Assembly (NCBI GenBank): GCA_030622545.1
Contig: JAUXGA010000009.1
Location: 42,203-106,202, forward strand
Length of the DNA: 64,000 bases
Direction: 5' to 3'
From: a bacterium
GTDB lineage: Bacteria; Electryoneota; RPQS01; DYHQ01
Made by a program: the position numbers and the translations under genes. How positions within the stretch are numbered: position 1 is the first letter of the stretch; every line of letters begins with the position of its first letter. Shown here one piece after another: positions 1 to 9,801 of the stretch. The notes beneath the pieces were generated by a model. The model had not been told where the DNA came from, did no database searches, and saw nothing but the letters and a program-made list of their open reading frames with translations.

Positions 1-186
1 TCAGATTACCTGGCCACCCGCTATGTGTCCCATGTGCCTCTCGCCATACTCGCTACGACCCTGGAAATCCTGGCGGTACTCTTCTTGGGTATTGGACTCA
101 TTTTGAATACGATTACGCGGTTTCACATCGAAAGCCACGAAGTTATAAAGAATCTGTTCAAGGCTGTTGACAAGCGCAATTCGTGA
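1..186 (+). CDS. C-terminal fragment of a membrane-anchored GT2 glycosyltransferase (5' end outside window)
   Basis: Frame 1 is open from base 1 to TGA at 184-186: ...YVSHVPLAILATTLEILAVLFLGIGLILNTI..., resembling the TM tail of GtrB-like GT2 enzymes; sits directly upstream of a methyltransferase. Confidence 0.55.
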   Translation, partial: SDYLATRYVSHVPLAILATTLEILAVLFLGIGLILNTITRFHIESHEVIKNLFKAVDKRNS

Positions 187-198
187 GACTATTCGGAC

Positions 199-897
199 AT
201 GTCCGATAAATACTATTCCGGAATTGATAATCTTGAAGTTCTCCTTGATGCGGTTCACTACAACCAATTCCTTATCAATGAGATCATAAAGGCAGGTCGT
301 GGCGTAACGACAGCATTGGATTTCGGAGCCGGGATTGGCACATTTTCTACCGCTGTCAGGAACCGCGGCCTAAATGTTATCTGCATCGAGGAAGACGAAG
401 GTCTCCTTGACAAATTGCGGGAGCAAGGATTCGAAGCCTGCAGAAGTCTGAATGCCATCACCGAGCGATCTCAAGAATACATCTTTTCTCTCAATGTCCT
501 CGAACATATCCAGGACGATGAGCAGTCTTTAAAGGCACTGTTCGACAAATTGAAGCCGGGCGGTCGCCTTTTTCTCTATGTACCTGCCTTCAACATCCTC
601 TTTTCGAGCATGGACAGGAAAGTGGGCCACTACCGGCGCTATAGAAAAAGCGTTCTGATTCAAGCCGCACTTCGTGCAGGCTTCACGGCCCAGCGAGTTA
701 CCTATGTGGACAGCTTGGGGTTTCTCGTGGCATTGGCTTATAAACTTATCGGCAACAAACAGGGAGATATCAATCCCGCCGCCCTTAAATTGTATGATCG
801 CATTCTTTTCCCCATTAGCCGGCTGTTGGATCGGATAGGAATCGCGCATTTTCTTGGGAAGAACCTACTGGTTGTGGTACAGCGCCCCGCCCCATAA
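199..897 (+). CDS. Class I SAM-dependent methyltransferase
   Basis: LDFGAGIG motif I, NVLEHI, LKPGGRL and GHYRRY motifs. Confidence 0.85.
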   Translation: MSDKYYSGIDNLEVLLDAVHYNQFLINEIIKAGRGVTTALDFGAGIGTFSTAVRNRGLNVICIEEDEGLLDKLREQGFEACRSLNAITERSQEYIFSLNVLEHIQDDEQSLKALFDKLKPGGRLFLYVPAFNILFSSMDRKVGHYRRYRKSVLIQAALRAGFTAQRVTYVDSLGFLVALAYKLIGNKQGDINPAALKLYDRILFPISRLLDRIGIAHFLGKNLLVVVQRPAP

Positions 898-1047
898 ATC
901 CGCGGCACTGTATGACAATATGAAGCGCGGATCTGCCCACCGTGTAGAAGAGAGAAGAAAACTCTCTCTATAGAATTCTCTCTGAATCTATGGGATTGAA
1001 AAATGAGAATCTTAGGAAGGTGTAACCCGGCCTAAACTCTGCTTGAT

Positions 1048-2517
1048 CTACTTCCCGCCTATCATCTTTTCAGCCTTCGTTCGGGCGAAAGCATAATTCA
1101 TATTCAGAAGAGAATGAAATTCAGCGGCTTTTTTGAAATATTTCTCAGCCTTCTGATCGTTTTTCTGCCCCTGAAAAGCCAGCGCTATGCGATACAGATT
1201 ATACGGATTTTGCTGATTGCCCTGTTGAAATTCTTCCAGAGCCTTTGCGTAATTTTTTTGCTCAAGAGCGAGCATACCAGTCAATTCATGCGATAGGCGA
1301 ATCTGGTTCAGATTTTCGGCTTCGGTTGTCTGCTCGAGGTGAGCTTCGCATTTGGTTTCTGCCGCTTTCAAATCGCCTTTCTTCATAGTAATGCGGGCGT
1401 CGTTATAGAGGAAAAAGCGCTTGGCATTCGCCTTGATTTCACTGGAAAGCTCAGAGTCCATGATGAGCCTCAACGAAGTTCTGTACCTCTCCAATGCATC
1501 GTCATAGCGGCCCTGTTCGTATAGAATATTCGCCATGATTCCAAGGTCGCCCGCCATCGCTGCCGTATCGTTGATGTTCTCCGCCAGCGCGTGCTGCTCT
1601 TTTATCGCTGCCAGAGCTTCTTTATACTTTCCTTCATCGATATAAGTCATGGCCGTGATGAAGAGAGCCGTGCGGCGCTGGCCATCGTCTTTGGCAATAT
1701 CGTAGAACTTCTTGAGTTGTTCCCGGGCTTCGTCGTATTTTCCCTCATAGGTCAGATTCGCCGCAATCCCTCCATGCGAAGGTACGAAATCCGGCTTGAC
1801 CATCAATGCCTTATTATAAGTCTTGATGGATTCCTCGAATCGACCCATCTTGAGCAGCAATTCGGCGTAGGAGTCATAGGGGTTGGGATCAACAGGATTC
1901 AGTTTGATATACTTCTGAAACGCCGCTTCAGCTTCGCCATAGTTTTCGAGAGTTCGATTGGCGTAGCCCAGCATATTGTAGGGCGGCGAGAAATCCGGGG
2001 CAAGTTCCGTTGCCTTCCGAAACTCCACAATCGCTTTGTTATACTTTTGTTGGCCGAAAAAGAAGACGCCCAAGGCATTGTAAGCCCGCTCACCTTTCGG
2101 ATATTTTTCAACCAACTGTCGAAAATACTCTTCCTGCTTGACCGGATCGCCGTTGATGCCCGCTTCATTGGCAAGAATCCACAGCCGCTCGCCTTCGGAA
2201 ACCTTATCTACCAACTCGCGGGCTTTGTTGAATTTTTCAAAGAAACCCTTGGCGCTGGGCTGAGCGAAAGCCAAGTCCCGGTAAGCCAAAGCAAAATCCG
2301 GGTCCAATGCGACAGCCTGCTCGAGTACTCTCCGGGATTCCTGAATCAGGAATTTATCTTGAAGGTCTCTCGCCCGAAGATAAAGCTCGCGAGCTTCCTT
2401 CGACGATGTCGTAATCGGAATTTTACCGTCATCGAGCTTTTTCTGAGTGCAGCCAAATCCCGCAAAAAGCAGGACGCTAACAATCAAAAATGCAGAATAT
2501 CGAAGAAGGGTTGACAT
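1048..2517 (-). CDS. Tetratricopeptide-repeat lipoprotein (paralog 1)
   Basis: Signal peptide with lipobox-like GFGC, many TPR repeats, AGGAGG RBS. Confidence 0.85.
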   Translation of the reverse strand: MSTLLRYSAFLIVSVLLFAGFGCTQKKLDDGKIPITTSSKEARELYLRARDLQDKFLIQESRRVLEQAVALDPDFALAYRDLAFAQPSAKGFFEKFNKARELVDKVSEGERLWILANEAGINGDPVKQEEYFRQLVEKYPKGERAYNALGVFFFGQQKYNKAIVEFRKATELAPDFSPPYNMLGYANRTLENYGEAEAAFQKYIKLNPVDPNPYDSYAELLLKMGRFEESIKTYNKALMVKPDFVPSHGGIAANLTYEGKYDEAREQLKKFYDIAKDDGQRRTALFITAMTYIDEGKYKEALAAIKEQHALAENINDTAAMAGDLGIMANILYEQGRYDDALERYRTSLRLIMDSELSSEIKANAKRFFLYNDARITMKKGDLKAAETKCEAHLEQTTEAENLNQIRLSHELTGMLALEQKNYAKALEEFQQGNQQNPYNLYRIALAFQGQKNDQKAEKYFKKAAEFHSLLNMNYAFARTKAEKMIGGK

Positions 2518-2621
2518 GATAATCCATCCTCCTGTTTTGTATGAGTAAATCGAAAAATATAATATGTTAGAAAGCTGCTTTGGAAAACAACGCGAGGTAT
2601 AAGCCTTTAAACCGCATAACT

Positions 2622-2655
2622 CGCCGAGCCGGGTCGCTCAGGCCCTGGCCGCAAT
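2622..2655 (+). repeat. CGCCG-family hairpin repeat
   Basis: CGCCGAGCCGGGTCGCTCAGGCCCTGGCCGCAAT; abuts the stop codon of the TPR paralog 2 gene. Confidence 0.8.
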
Positions 2656-4140
2656 CTACTTCCCGCCCAACATCTTTTCGGCCTTCTGTCTGGCAAAGGC
2701 GTAATTTATATTTAGGACCAAATGGTCCAAGAGTGGATAAAATCGGGCAGCTTTCGTATAGAACTCTTTTGCTTTCTGATGGTCTCCCTTGCTGTCGTAA
2801 GCTAATGCTATACGATAGAGATTGTATGGATGTTTTTGGTCACCTTGCTGGAACTCATCGAGAGCTCTGTCGTAGTCTCTTTCTTCAAGCGCAATCATTC
2901 CCGCCAGTTCATGAGATAGGCGAATCTGCGCTGAATTTTCAGCTACCATCACCTGTTCAAAGAAAGAATCGCACTTGGCCTTTGCCATATCAAAATCGCC
3001 TTTCTTCATAGCGATCCGACTCTCGTTATAGAGAAAGTTGCGCTGCGTATTTCTTTTAATTTCATCGGAAAGATCCGAATCCAAGAAAAGCTTTATGGAG
3101 GTCTTGTACTTCGAGAGCGCATCATCATACTGACCTTGTTCGAAAAGAATGCATGCAATATCCGCAATGTCGCGAGCCATCGCAACGGTGTCACTAATTC
3201 TTTCCGCCAAAGCATATCGCTCATTTAGCGCAGTCAGAGCCTCTTCGAACTTCCCTTCGTCTACATAAGACACCGCTTTGTTGAAATATGCGGCACGGCG
3301 TTGGCCATTGTCCTTGGCTATCTTCAAGAACTCTTGCAGTTGACTCCGGGCCTCTTTATGTTTTCCCTGATATACCCAATTTGCTGCAATGCCCATGTGA
3401 GAAGGGGTGAAATCATGTCTGATGGCCAGGGCTTTCCTATATGATTGAATAGATTCCTCAAACCGGCCCATCTTCAGCAGCAATTCAGCGTACGAGTCGT
3501 AAGGATTGGGGTCGTTGGGATTCAGCTCAATATACTTCTGGAAAGCCTTCTCGGCTTCAGGGTAGTTTTCAATGCCCCGGTTGGCGTAACCCAGTAAGTT
3601 ATAGGGAGGCGAGAAATCCGGTGCAATCTCAATTGCTTTCCTGAATTCTGCTATCGCCTCGTCATACTCCTGTTGGTCGAAGCAGTATTTCGCCAATACA
3701 TGGTGAGCCCGCTCATCTTTTGGGTATTTTTTAACAAGCTGCAAGAAGTACTCTTTCTGCTTTACCGGATCGTCGTTTTTGCCGGCTTTATCACCAAGAA
3801 TCCATAGCCGTTCACCCTCGGAAGCTTTATCAGTCAATGCACAGGCTTTATTGAAGTATTCAAAGAAATGCTTGGCGTTGGACTGAGCGAAGGCTAAATC
3901 CCGATAAGCCAGCGCAAAGTCCGGATCGAGAGCTACGGCTTGTTCGAGAACCCCGCGAGATTCATGATACAGAAACTTATCCTGAAGGTCTCTCGCCTGC
4001 AGAAAAAGTCCACGCGCTTCTTCGGATGATGTCGTGATCGGAATCTTGCCGTCATCGAGCTTTTTCTGAGTGCAGCCGAATCCCGCGAAAAGCAGGACGC
4101 TAACAATCAGCAATGCACAATAGCGAAGAAGGCTTGACAT
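2656..4140 (-). CDS. Tetratricopeptide-repeat lipoprotein (paralog 2)
   Basis: Start moved to MSSLLRY (ATG at 4140, AGGAGG RBS) by homology with paralog 1; same lipobox and TPR layout. Confidence 0.85.
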   Translation of the reverse strand: MSSLLRYCALLIVSVLLFAGFGCTQKKLDDGKIPITTSSEEARGLFLQARDLQDKFLYHESRGVLEQAVALDPDFALAYRDLAFAQSNAKHFFEYFNKACALTDKASEGERLWILGDKAGKNDDPVKQKEYFLQLVKKYPKDERAHHVLAKYCFDQQEYDEAIAEFRKAIEIAPDFSPPYNLLGYANRGIENYPEAEKAFQKYIELNPNDPNPYDSYAELLLKMGRFEESIQSYRKALAIRHDFTPSHMGIAANWVYQGKHKEARSQLQEFLKIAKDNGQRRAAYFNKAVSYVDEGKFEEALTALNERYALAERISDTVAMARDIADIACILFEQGQYDDALSKYKTSIKLFLDSDLSDEIKRNTQRNFLYNESRIAMKKGDFDMAKAKCDSFFEQVMVAENSAQIRLSHELAGMIALEERDYDRALDEFQQGDQKHPYNLYRIALAYDSKGDHQKAKEFYTKAARFYPLLDHLVLNINYAFARQKAEKMLGGK

Positions 4141-4227
4141 GATAATCCATCCTCCTGTTTGTGTGACCAATCCAAATGTATTTGGCTGTTTTCGTCCAAG
4201 CGAATCACTTTCATATTGCGGCGAGTC

Positions 4228-4253
4228 GTAGGGACAAGGCCTGCCTTGTCCGT
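4228..4253 (+). repeat. GTAG-type REP-like palindrome
   Basis: GTAG foot followed by GGACAAGGC-CT-GCCTTGTCC hairpin. Confidence 0.6.
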
Positions 4254-4267
4254 TGGTTGCTAATCGT

Positions 4268-5407
4268 CTATTCCAAAACAAAGATGCTTTTCTTCGCACA
4301 CATATCCTTGAGGATTTGAGGCCAGACAGTGACACTCACTTCGCCAAGATGGGCTTGTTTGAGCAGAAGCATGTACGTCCGTGATTGGCCGATTCCGCCG
4401 CCGATACTCAGAGGAATGTCGCCATTGATAATCGCCTGATGATAAGGCAGCTTGAGGAAATCCTGCTGACCGGTAATCTCAAGTTGCTGCTTGAGCGTTT
4501 CGGGATTGACCCGGACACCCATAGACGTCAGCTCGTGGCGGCGTTTCGTTACCGGATTCCAAACAAGAATATCTCCATTCAAACCGTGCATCGGTTTGCC
4601 GCTGGCAGAGGTCGTCTCCGTGACCCAATCATCATAATCCGCGGCTCTCATTTCATGCGGATAACCGTCAGCAAGCGTCCAGCCGATTCCATAAATGAAG
4701 ACAGCGGGATAGTCCTGAAGGATAGCCGTTTCGCGCTGCTTGCGCGGCAAATCGGGATATCGTTCAAGAATTTCTTCCGCATGGAGAAATTTAAGCTCAT
4801 CGGGAAGGCTCGGATACTTATCGGTCTTCAATTGAGGAAAAAGCTCCTGCGCATGCAGCTCAGCACCCTTAATAACTTTCCATAACTTTTTCACGACATC
4901 CGTTAGAAATTGCAGGTTCCGCTCTTTATCCGTAATGACCATCTCCCAATCCCACTGATCCACGTACGCGCTGTGGTCATGATCGAGGAAGTAATCCTTC
5001 CGCACGGCATGCATATCGGTATATAAACCTTCACCGGGTTTCATTCCAAATTGCTTCAAAGCGACGCGCTTCCACTTTGTCGCGGCCTGCACCACCTGAG
5101 CGTCAATCGGATTTTTGTCGTGGTCGTTTGAAATGTGGAATTGAATAGGAGTACGCGAGCCGTCACGATCAAGATCATCGTTGACGCCGCTTTTAACATC
5201 CACAATCAGAGGAACCTGAACGCGGATTAAATTAAGCTCTTTGCACAGTCCCGCTTCGATGTAATTCTTCACAGCGGTAATCGCTTGCTGCGTTTCCTTT
5301 GGAGTCAGCGAAGAGCGATAGTCTTTCGGTAGAATTTTTTCCAAATCCTCGTAATTGCCGATACCCGGTCCAGCTAAATCAGCTTTCTTGTCTGCAACAG
5401 TTGCCAT
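4268..5407 (-). CDS. asnA: Aspartate--ammonia ligase
   Basis: Motifs KWKR, HSAYVDQWDWE, RAADYDDW, GLNGDIL, SIGGGIGQSR; ATG start MATVADK preferred over the upstream TTG. Confidence 0.92.
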   Translation of the reverse strand: MATVADKKADLAGPGIGNYEDLEKILPKDYRSSLTPKETQQAITAVKNYIEAGLCKELNLIRVQVPLIVDVKSGVNDDLDRDGSRTPIQFHISNDHDKNPIDAQVVQAATKWKRVALKQFGMKPGEGLYTDMHAVRKDYFLDHDHSAYVDQWDWEMVITDKERNLQFLTDVVKKLWKVIKGAELHAQELFPQLKTDKYPSLPDELKFLHAEEILERYPDLPRKQRETAILQDYPAVFIYGIGWTLADGYPHEMRAADYDDWVTETTSASGKPMHGLNGDILVWNPVTKRRHELTSMGVRVNPETLKQQLEITGQQDFLKLPYHQAIINGDIPLSIGGGIGQSRTYMLLLKQAHLGEVSVTVWPQILKDMCAKKSIFVLE

Positions 5408-5453
5408 AGTGTTCTCCAAATTTCTTTGTATGGTTTGTGTGTTTAGTTAATAT

Positions 5454-5529
5454 CGCTGCGAGTGGGTGCCCTCACCCCTCGCGGACTACTTTTAACTCGC
5501 CGAGCCGGGTCGCCCGCCCCGGCCGCAAT
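5454..5529 (+). repeat. Two CGCCG-family hairpin repeats
   Basis: CGCTGCGAGTGGGTGCCCTCACCCCTCGCG and CGCCGAGCCGGGTCGCCCGCCCCGGCCGCAAT (5498-5529). Confidence 0.75.
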
Positions 5530-6017
5530 TACCTTATCACCTCAAACTCACCAATCTGTCGATTCTTTCGGACATTATCCCAGCGAAAATACCGACCGTT
5601 CATGGAAATGTAAACTCCATACGGCAGCGTCTGGACAAACGCCAAAGAACTTCCCAAATTGAACAGTCCATCAGAACTGCCGAACCGGAACGGTATCATC
5701 GCTCCGGTCAAAACGATGGTCTTATCTTTGATGGAACGAGCGAGAATCTTCGCGGTCTCGACCATCTTATCCGTGCCATGAGTAATCAGGATTCTATCCT
5801 CAGGCGTTTTCTTGCAGTTTGCCAGAATAATTTTTCTATCACTGGTTGTCATGTCGCAGCTATCGACCATCATCAACGTGCGGATGTCGATTTTAAGTCT
5901 GCAGCGACCCCGCGCAAGCATTTCATGCAGGTGCGTATCTTTGAAAAAGAGTTTTCCTTCGAGTTCGTTATACTCTTTATCGAATGTCCCGCCCGTAATA
6001 AAAATCTTAATCGTCAT
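5529..6017 (-). CDS. Short (single-domain) L-asparaginase
   Basis: TGGT and HGTD catalytic motifs, VLTGAM; 162 aa. Confidence 0.85.
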   Translation of the reverse strand: MTIKIFITGGTFDKEYNELEGKLFFKDTHLHEMLARGRCRLKIDIRTLMMVDSCDMTTSDRKIILANCKKTPEDRILITHGTDKMVETAKILARSIKDKTIVLTGAMIPFRFGSSDGLFNLGSSLAFVQTLPYGVYISMNGRYFRWDNVRKNRQIGEFEVIR

Positions 6018-6029
6018 AATTCGTCAATC

Positions 6030-6166
6030 TCCCCCCGCTTGCGGGGGGAATTAAAGGGGGGTCTCCTTAAACTTTCGCTCGCAACCTATTTTTTTTCGCC
6101 GAGCCGGGTTCAGCGCAGGTTTCCTTTTACCAAACGACAAACTTTCGCGCGTAACCCGGCCGGAAC
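6030..6166 (+). repeat. Repeat cluster: poly-C/poly-G palindrome plus long-loop CGCCG repeat
   Basis: TCCCCCCGCTTGCGGGGGGA...AAGGGGGG, and CGCCGAGCCGGGTT-~40 nt-AACCCGGCCGGAAC (6097-6166). Confidence 0.8.
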
Positions 6167-6176
6167 TCCATGCTCG

Positions 6177-7577
6177 CTAAATATGAATCGCCTCGCTCAT
6201 CGCATCTGCCGTCGCTTCCATCACCGCTTCGCTCAGCGTCGGGTGAGGGTGGAGGGTGCGCAGAATGTCATCGGCGGTGGCGTCCATGGCGCAAGCCAGC
6301 GTCAATTCCGCTACGAGTTCCGTCACACCTCCGCCAATCATATGAGCTCCAAGAAGTCGTTTGCTTTGCGCATCGAAAATCACTTTCACGAATCCCTCAA
6401 TATCTCCAGCGGCGCGAGCTTTTCCCGAGGCGACAAACGGAAACTTTCCAATCTTCACATCGAGATTTTTCTGGACACATTGCTTTTCCGTCAAACCGAC
6501 AGACGCGACTTGCGGATGGCAATACGTACATGCCGGTATCGCTTCGTAGTCCACAAGCGCGGGATTCTTTTTAGCAATTTCTTCCACGCAGACAATCGCT
6601 TCGCGCGATGCGACGTGAGCTAAGAGCGGCGGCCCGATAACATCTCCCACCGCCCAGATTCCGGGCACGTTCGTCCGGTATTTCTTATCCGCGCTGATGA
6701 AGCCTTTGTCAATCTTGACACCAGCTTCCTCAAGTCCCAGATTTTCTGTGTTGCCTCCAACACCGACAGCGACAAGCGCCAAATCACTCTGAATCGCCAC
6801 GTTTCCTTTCGGGCCTTCCGCCGTCACCGTGACTCCATTCGGCTCGCTTTGTAGAGACGTCACAGCGGTACTCGTGTGGATGTCAATACGCAGCTTCAAA
6901 AGTGATTTCTCCAGCGTTTCTGCGATGTCAACATCTTCAAGTGGGAGCACCTGTTCGAGCATTTCAATGAGCGTTACTTTCGTTCCCAGCGCAGCGTAGA
7001 AGTATGCGAATTCCACCCCGATGGCTCCCGCGCCGATGATAAGCAGACTCTTCGGCTGGGACGGAAGGTTCATCGCTTCCTTTGACGTCAAAATGCGTTC
7101 GCCGTCGAACGCCGCGCCCGGCAAAGCTTTAGGATAGCCGCCGGTTGCGATGATGATATGCTGTGTCGTCACAATAGACCGCGCACCGTCCGAATCCAGG
7201 ATTTCCACTTCATGCGGTGATGAAACGCGGCCTCTGCCCTGAAACGTCGCGATATCGTGCTTTTTCATCAACAAATCGACGCCCGCACTGCTGCGGTCGG
7301 CAATTTGACGGCTGCGCTTTATGATACGCGCGAAATCAAATCCCTTGACGTCAATATCAATACCGAGTCGTTTGAATTGTCGAGTTTCGCGGTATATTTC
7401 GGCAGATTTTAAAAGAGCTTTCGTGGGAATGCAGCCCCAGTTCAGGCAAACACCGCCCAATCTCTCGGGATCGACAATCGCCGCTTTCAGTTTCAATTGC
7501 GCCGCGCGAATCGCCGCCACATATCCGGCAGGTCCGCCGCCCAATATCACGACATCAAAATCGTACTTAGTGGGCAC
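6177..7577 (-). CDS. lpdA: Dihydrolipoyl dehydrogenase
   Basis: GGGPAG FAD motif, GGVCLNWGCIPTK redox disulfide, HPHPTLSE; GTG start overlapping the trxB end preferred. Confidence 0.93.
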   Translation of the reverse strand: MPTKYDFDVVILGGGPAGYVAAIRAAQLKLKAAIVDPERLGGVCLNWGCIPTKALLKSAEIYRETRQFKRLGIDIDVKGFDFARIIKRSRQIADRSSAGVDLLMKKHDIATFQGRGRVSSPHEVEILDSDGARSIVTTQHIIIATGGYPKALPGAAFDGERILTSKEAMNLPSQPKSLLIIGAGAIGVEFAYFYAALGTKVTLIEMLEQVLPLEDVDIAETLEKSLLKLRIDIHTSTAVTSLQSEPNGVTVTAEGPKGNVAIQSDLALVAVGVGGNTENLGLEEAGVKIDKGFISADKKYRTNVPGIWAVGDVIGPPLLAHVASREAIVCVEEIAKKNPALVDYEAIPACTYCHPQVASVGLTEKQCVQKNLDVKIGKFPFVASGKARAAGDIEGFVKVIFDAQSKRLLGAHMIGGGVTELVAELTLACAMDATADDILRTLHPHPTLSEAVMEATADAMSEAIHI

Positions 7578-8514
7578 CCTCGGCCTCCAGAAATCGCTCA
7601 GCATCAATCGCAGCCATGCACCCCGAACCAGCAGCCGTCACCGCCTGACGATAACGATGGTCCCGAACATCCCCTGCCACGAAAACACCTGGTATTTCGG
7701 TTTCGGAAGTACCGGCTTTGCCAATCAGGTAGCCGACTTCATCTGCGGAAAGAAGATCGCGAAAGACTTTCGTATTCGGTTCGTGTCCAATTGCTAAAAA
7801 CAGACCGTCGCATGCGAGATCTCTTTCGGTGCCCGATTTCACATCTTTTAGCCGCACACCAGTAACTTTCTGCCACTCTCCGTCATGCAAAACTTCCGTA
7901 ACGACGGAATTCCACGCGACCTCGATTTTCGGATTGTCCAACAGCTTTTTCTGCATGTATTTGGAAGCGCGCAAAGCGTCCCGGCGGTGTATCAGCGTCA
8001 CCTTGCGCGCAAATCGCGTTAGAAACGTGGCTTCTTCCATCGCCGTATCGCCGCCGCCGACCACAACCACATCCTTGTCGCGGAAGAAAAAACCATCGCA
8101 GGTAGCGCATGCAGACACTCCCTTACCCTGCAGCTTTTTTTCCGATTCCAGATTCAGCCATTTCGCGGAAGCGCCTGTTGCGATGATAAGCGTTTTCGTC
8201 CGAAGTTCCGTACCGTCGCTCACGGTCACTGTAAACGGTCTCGACGCTACATCAATCCCGGTGATTTCATCCGCTATAAACGTGGCGCCGAAACGTTCAG
8301 CCTGCTTGTGAAAAAGCTCCATCAATTCCGGTCCCGTAACTCCCTCAGGGAAACCCGGATAGTTTTCGACGTCCGTGGTAATCATAAGCTGCCCGCCGGG
8401 TGTCATTCCTTCAACAACCACCGGTGAAAGATTTGCACGAGCCGTGTAAATCGCGGCGGTGAGCCCTGCAGGTCCCGAGCCGATAATCAGAATATTGTGA
8501 ACAGTGTCCGTCAT
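7567..8514 (-). CDS. trxB: Thioredoxin-disulfide reductase
   Basis: IIGSGPAG, ENYPGF, CATCDG, GGGDTAMEEA, YRQAVTAAGSG. Confidence 0.96.
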   Translation of the reverse strand: MTDTVHNILIIGSGPAGLTAAIYTARANLSPVVVEGMTPGGQLMITTDVENYPGFPEGVTGPELMELFHKQAERFGATFIADEITGIDVASRPFTVTVSDGTELRTKTLIIATGASAKWLNLESEKKLQGKGVSACATCDGFFFRDKDVVVVGGGDTAMEEATFLTRFARKVTLIHRRDALRASKYMQKKLLDNPKIEVAWNSVVTEVLHDGEWQKVTGVRLKDVKSGTERDLACDGLFLAIGHEPNTKVFRDLLSADEVGYLIGKAGTSETEIPGVFVAGDVRDHRYRQAVTAAGSGCMAAIDAERFLEAEGAH

Positions 8515-8585
8515 TTTTCTCCTGTAATCGAATTTTCCAACCAAAACAGCATTTCTTTAAAAAGCGTAGTTTGCTAAAACAAGTA

Positions 8586-8614
8586 AATATACAAAATGAC
8601 CGGTAAAAAGGCAA
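8586..8614 (-). promoter_or_regulatory. Sigma70-type promoter of trxB-lpdA
   Basis: TTGCCT-17 nt-TATATT on the minus strand. Confidence 0.6.
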
Positions 8615-8625
8615 CCACATAAACA

Positions 8626-8662
8626 TAAAAAGAAAACCCACCCGGGGATCTTGGGTGGGTTT
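8626..8662 (-). terminator. Intrinsic terminator
   Basis: AAACCCACCC/GGGTGGGTTT stem followed by a T-rich run on the minus strand. Confidence 0.75.
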
Positions 8663-8731
8663 CTGCCCAAAGTAAAACCATAAAATGGAAGTTTCGAGGG
8701 CCTAAGTTTCGAGCGCTTGTTTCTTACGCTG
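8626..8731 (-). ncRNA. Candidate ~100-nt small RNA
   Basis: Lies between a promoter (8737-8765) and a terminator with no credible ORF; no family recognised. Confidence 0.4.
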
Positions 8732-8736
8732 TATTT

Positions 8737-8765
8737 AATCTACACAACCCAAGAACGAAAGTCAA
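8737..8765 (-). promoter_or_regulatory. Sigma70-type promoter
   Basis: TTGACT-17 nt-TAGATT on the minus strand. Confidence 0.6.
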
Positions 8766-8908
8766 GTATTACCTGTAATTTCCCAAAATTCCCAAGAGCA
8801 TCAATACGAAATGTAATTTTAAATATATTAATCAGTTAGAATGTAACACTATATAAACTATACTTGTATGAATAAATATAGCAAATGACAAGGAGAAATC
8901 TATAAAAT

Positions 8909-9787
8909 TCAATCAACTACACGGATTCCTTCTTTGCTTCGCGCCATTTTCAGGGTTTCCTCCAATTCGGACGCATGGAGTTGCCTCCTGAGTTCAGGGA
9001 TTTCATCCGCCCGAAAACATGGCCGATATTGCGCCATCACGTTCACATCCACAGCTCCCGGCAATTCCTCATCCAAAAAACCAAAGACCTGTTCGCTACC
9101 GCTCAGATTTTCAGGGAGTACCAAATGCCGCACTAAGAGTCCTCTCTTAGCGATGCCCTGTTCATCATACGCCAGCGGCCCCACCTGCCGGTACATTTCA
9201 CGCACCGCCGCCTGATTATGGTGTGGATAATCGTCAATGCCTGATAAACGTCTGGCGGTTTCCGCGTCGCCGTATTTCATATCGGGCATATAGATATCCA
9301 CAATACCGTCCAACAACGCGAGCACTTCCAGCGAATCGTACCCGCCTGTATTATACACGAGCGGAATCTGCAATCTTTCTTCCCATGCTATGAGCAAAGC
9401 CTCCGCAAGCATCGGAACGACATGAGTGGGGGAGACCCAGTTGATATTATGCGCGCCGGATTTTTGAAGATGCACCATCGCGTGAGCAAACTGCTCTGCT
9501 GACAGAGATTCGCCCATTCGCATCTGACTAATATCCGCATTCTGACAGAAAATACAATGTAGATTGCATCCGGCTAAGAAAACCGTTCCCGAACCCCGGA
9601 CGCCCGATATCGGAAACTCCTCGCCGTGATGAAGTCCGATGGATGAGATAATCAGTTCATTTCCAATACCGCACTGGCCGATTTCACCATGCCGCCGCTT
9701 CGCCATACAATTCCTCGGGCACAACCGGCATGGGTCTATCAGCTCACAGAGTCCCACCAAGTTTTTCTTTAAGAGTCGCTTCTTCAT
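8909..9787 (-). CDS. Radical SAM protein, PflX-like
   Basis: CRLCPRNC, HHGEE..ISG.RGSGTVF, CNLHCIFC, DIYMPDMKY, LLVRHLVLP. Confidence 0.9.
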   Translation of the reverse strand: MKKRLLKKNLVGLCELIDPCRLCPRNCMAKRRHGEIGQCGIGNELIISSIGLHHGEEFPISGVRGSGTVFLAGCNLHCIFCQNADISQMRMGESLSAEQFAHAMVHLQKSGAHNINWVSPTHVVPMLAEALLIAWEERLQIPLVYNTGGYDSLEVLALLDGIVDIYMPDMKYGDAETARRLSGIDDYPHHNQAAVREMYRQVGPLAYDEQGIAKRGLLVRHLVLPENLSGSEQVFGFLDEELPGAVDVNVMAQYRPCFRADEIPELRRQLHASELEETLKMARSKEGIRVVD

Positions 9788-9801
9788 CCAATACTCGTAC
9801 T

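Noticed and set aside
1591-2514. Long antisense ORFs (also 12988-14100, 18628-19749, 49076-49963, 5778-6623, 57734-58507)
   Set aside because: Shadows of well-supported genes on the opposite strand, with no recognisable motifs
4141-4335. N-terminal extensions in the ORF track (also 17213, 42506, 51192, 52721, 24842)
   Set aside because: They read through repeats or neighbouring genes; downstream starts have RBS or homology support
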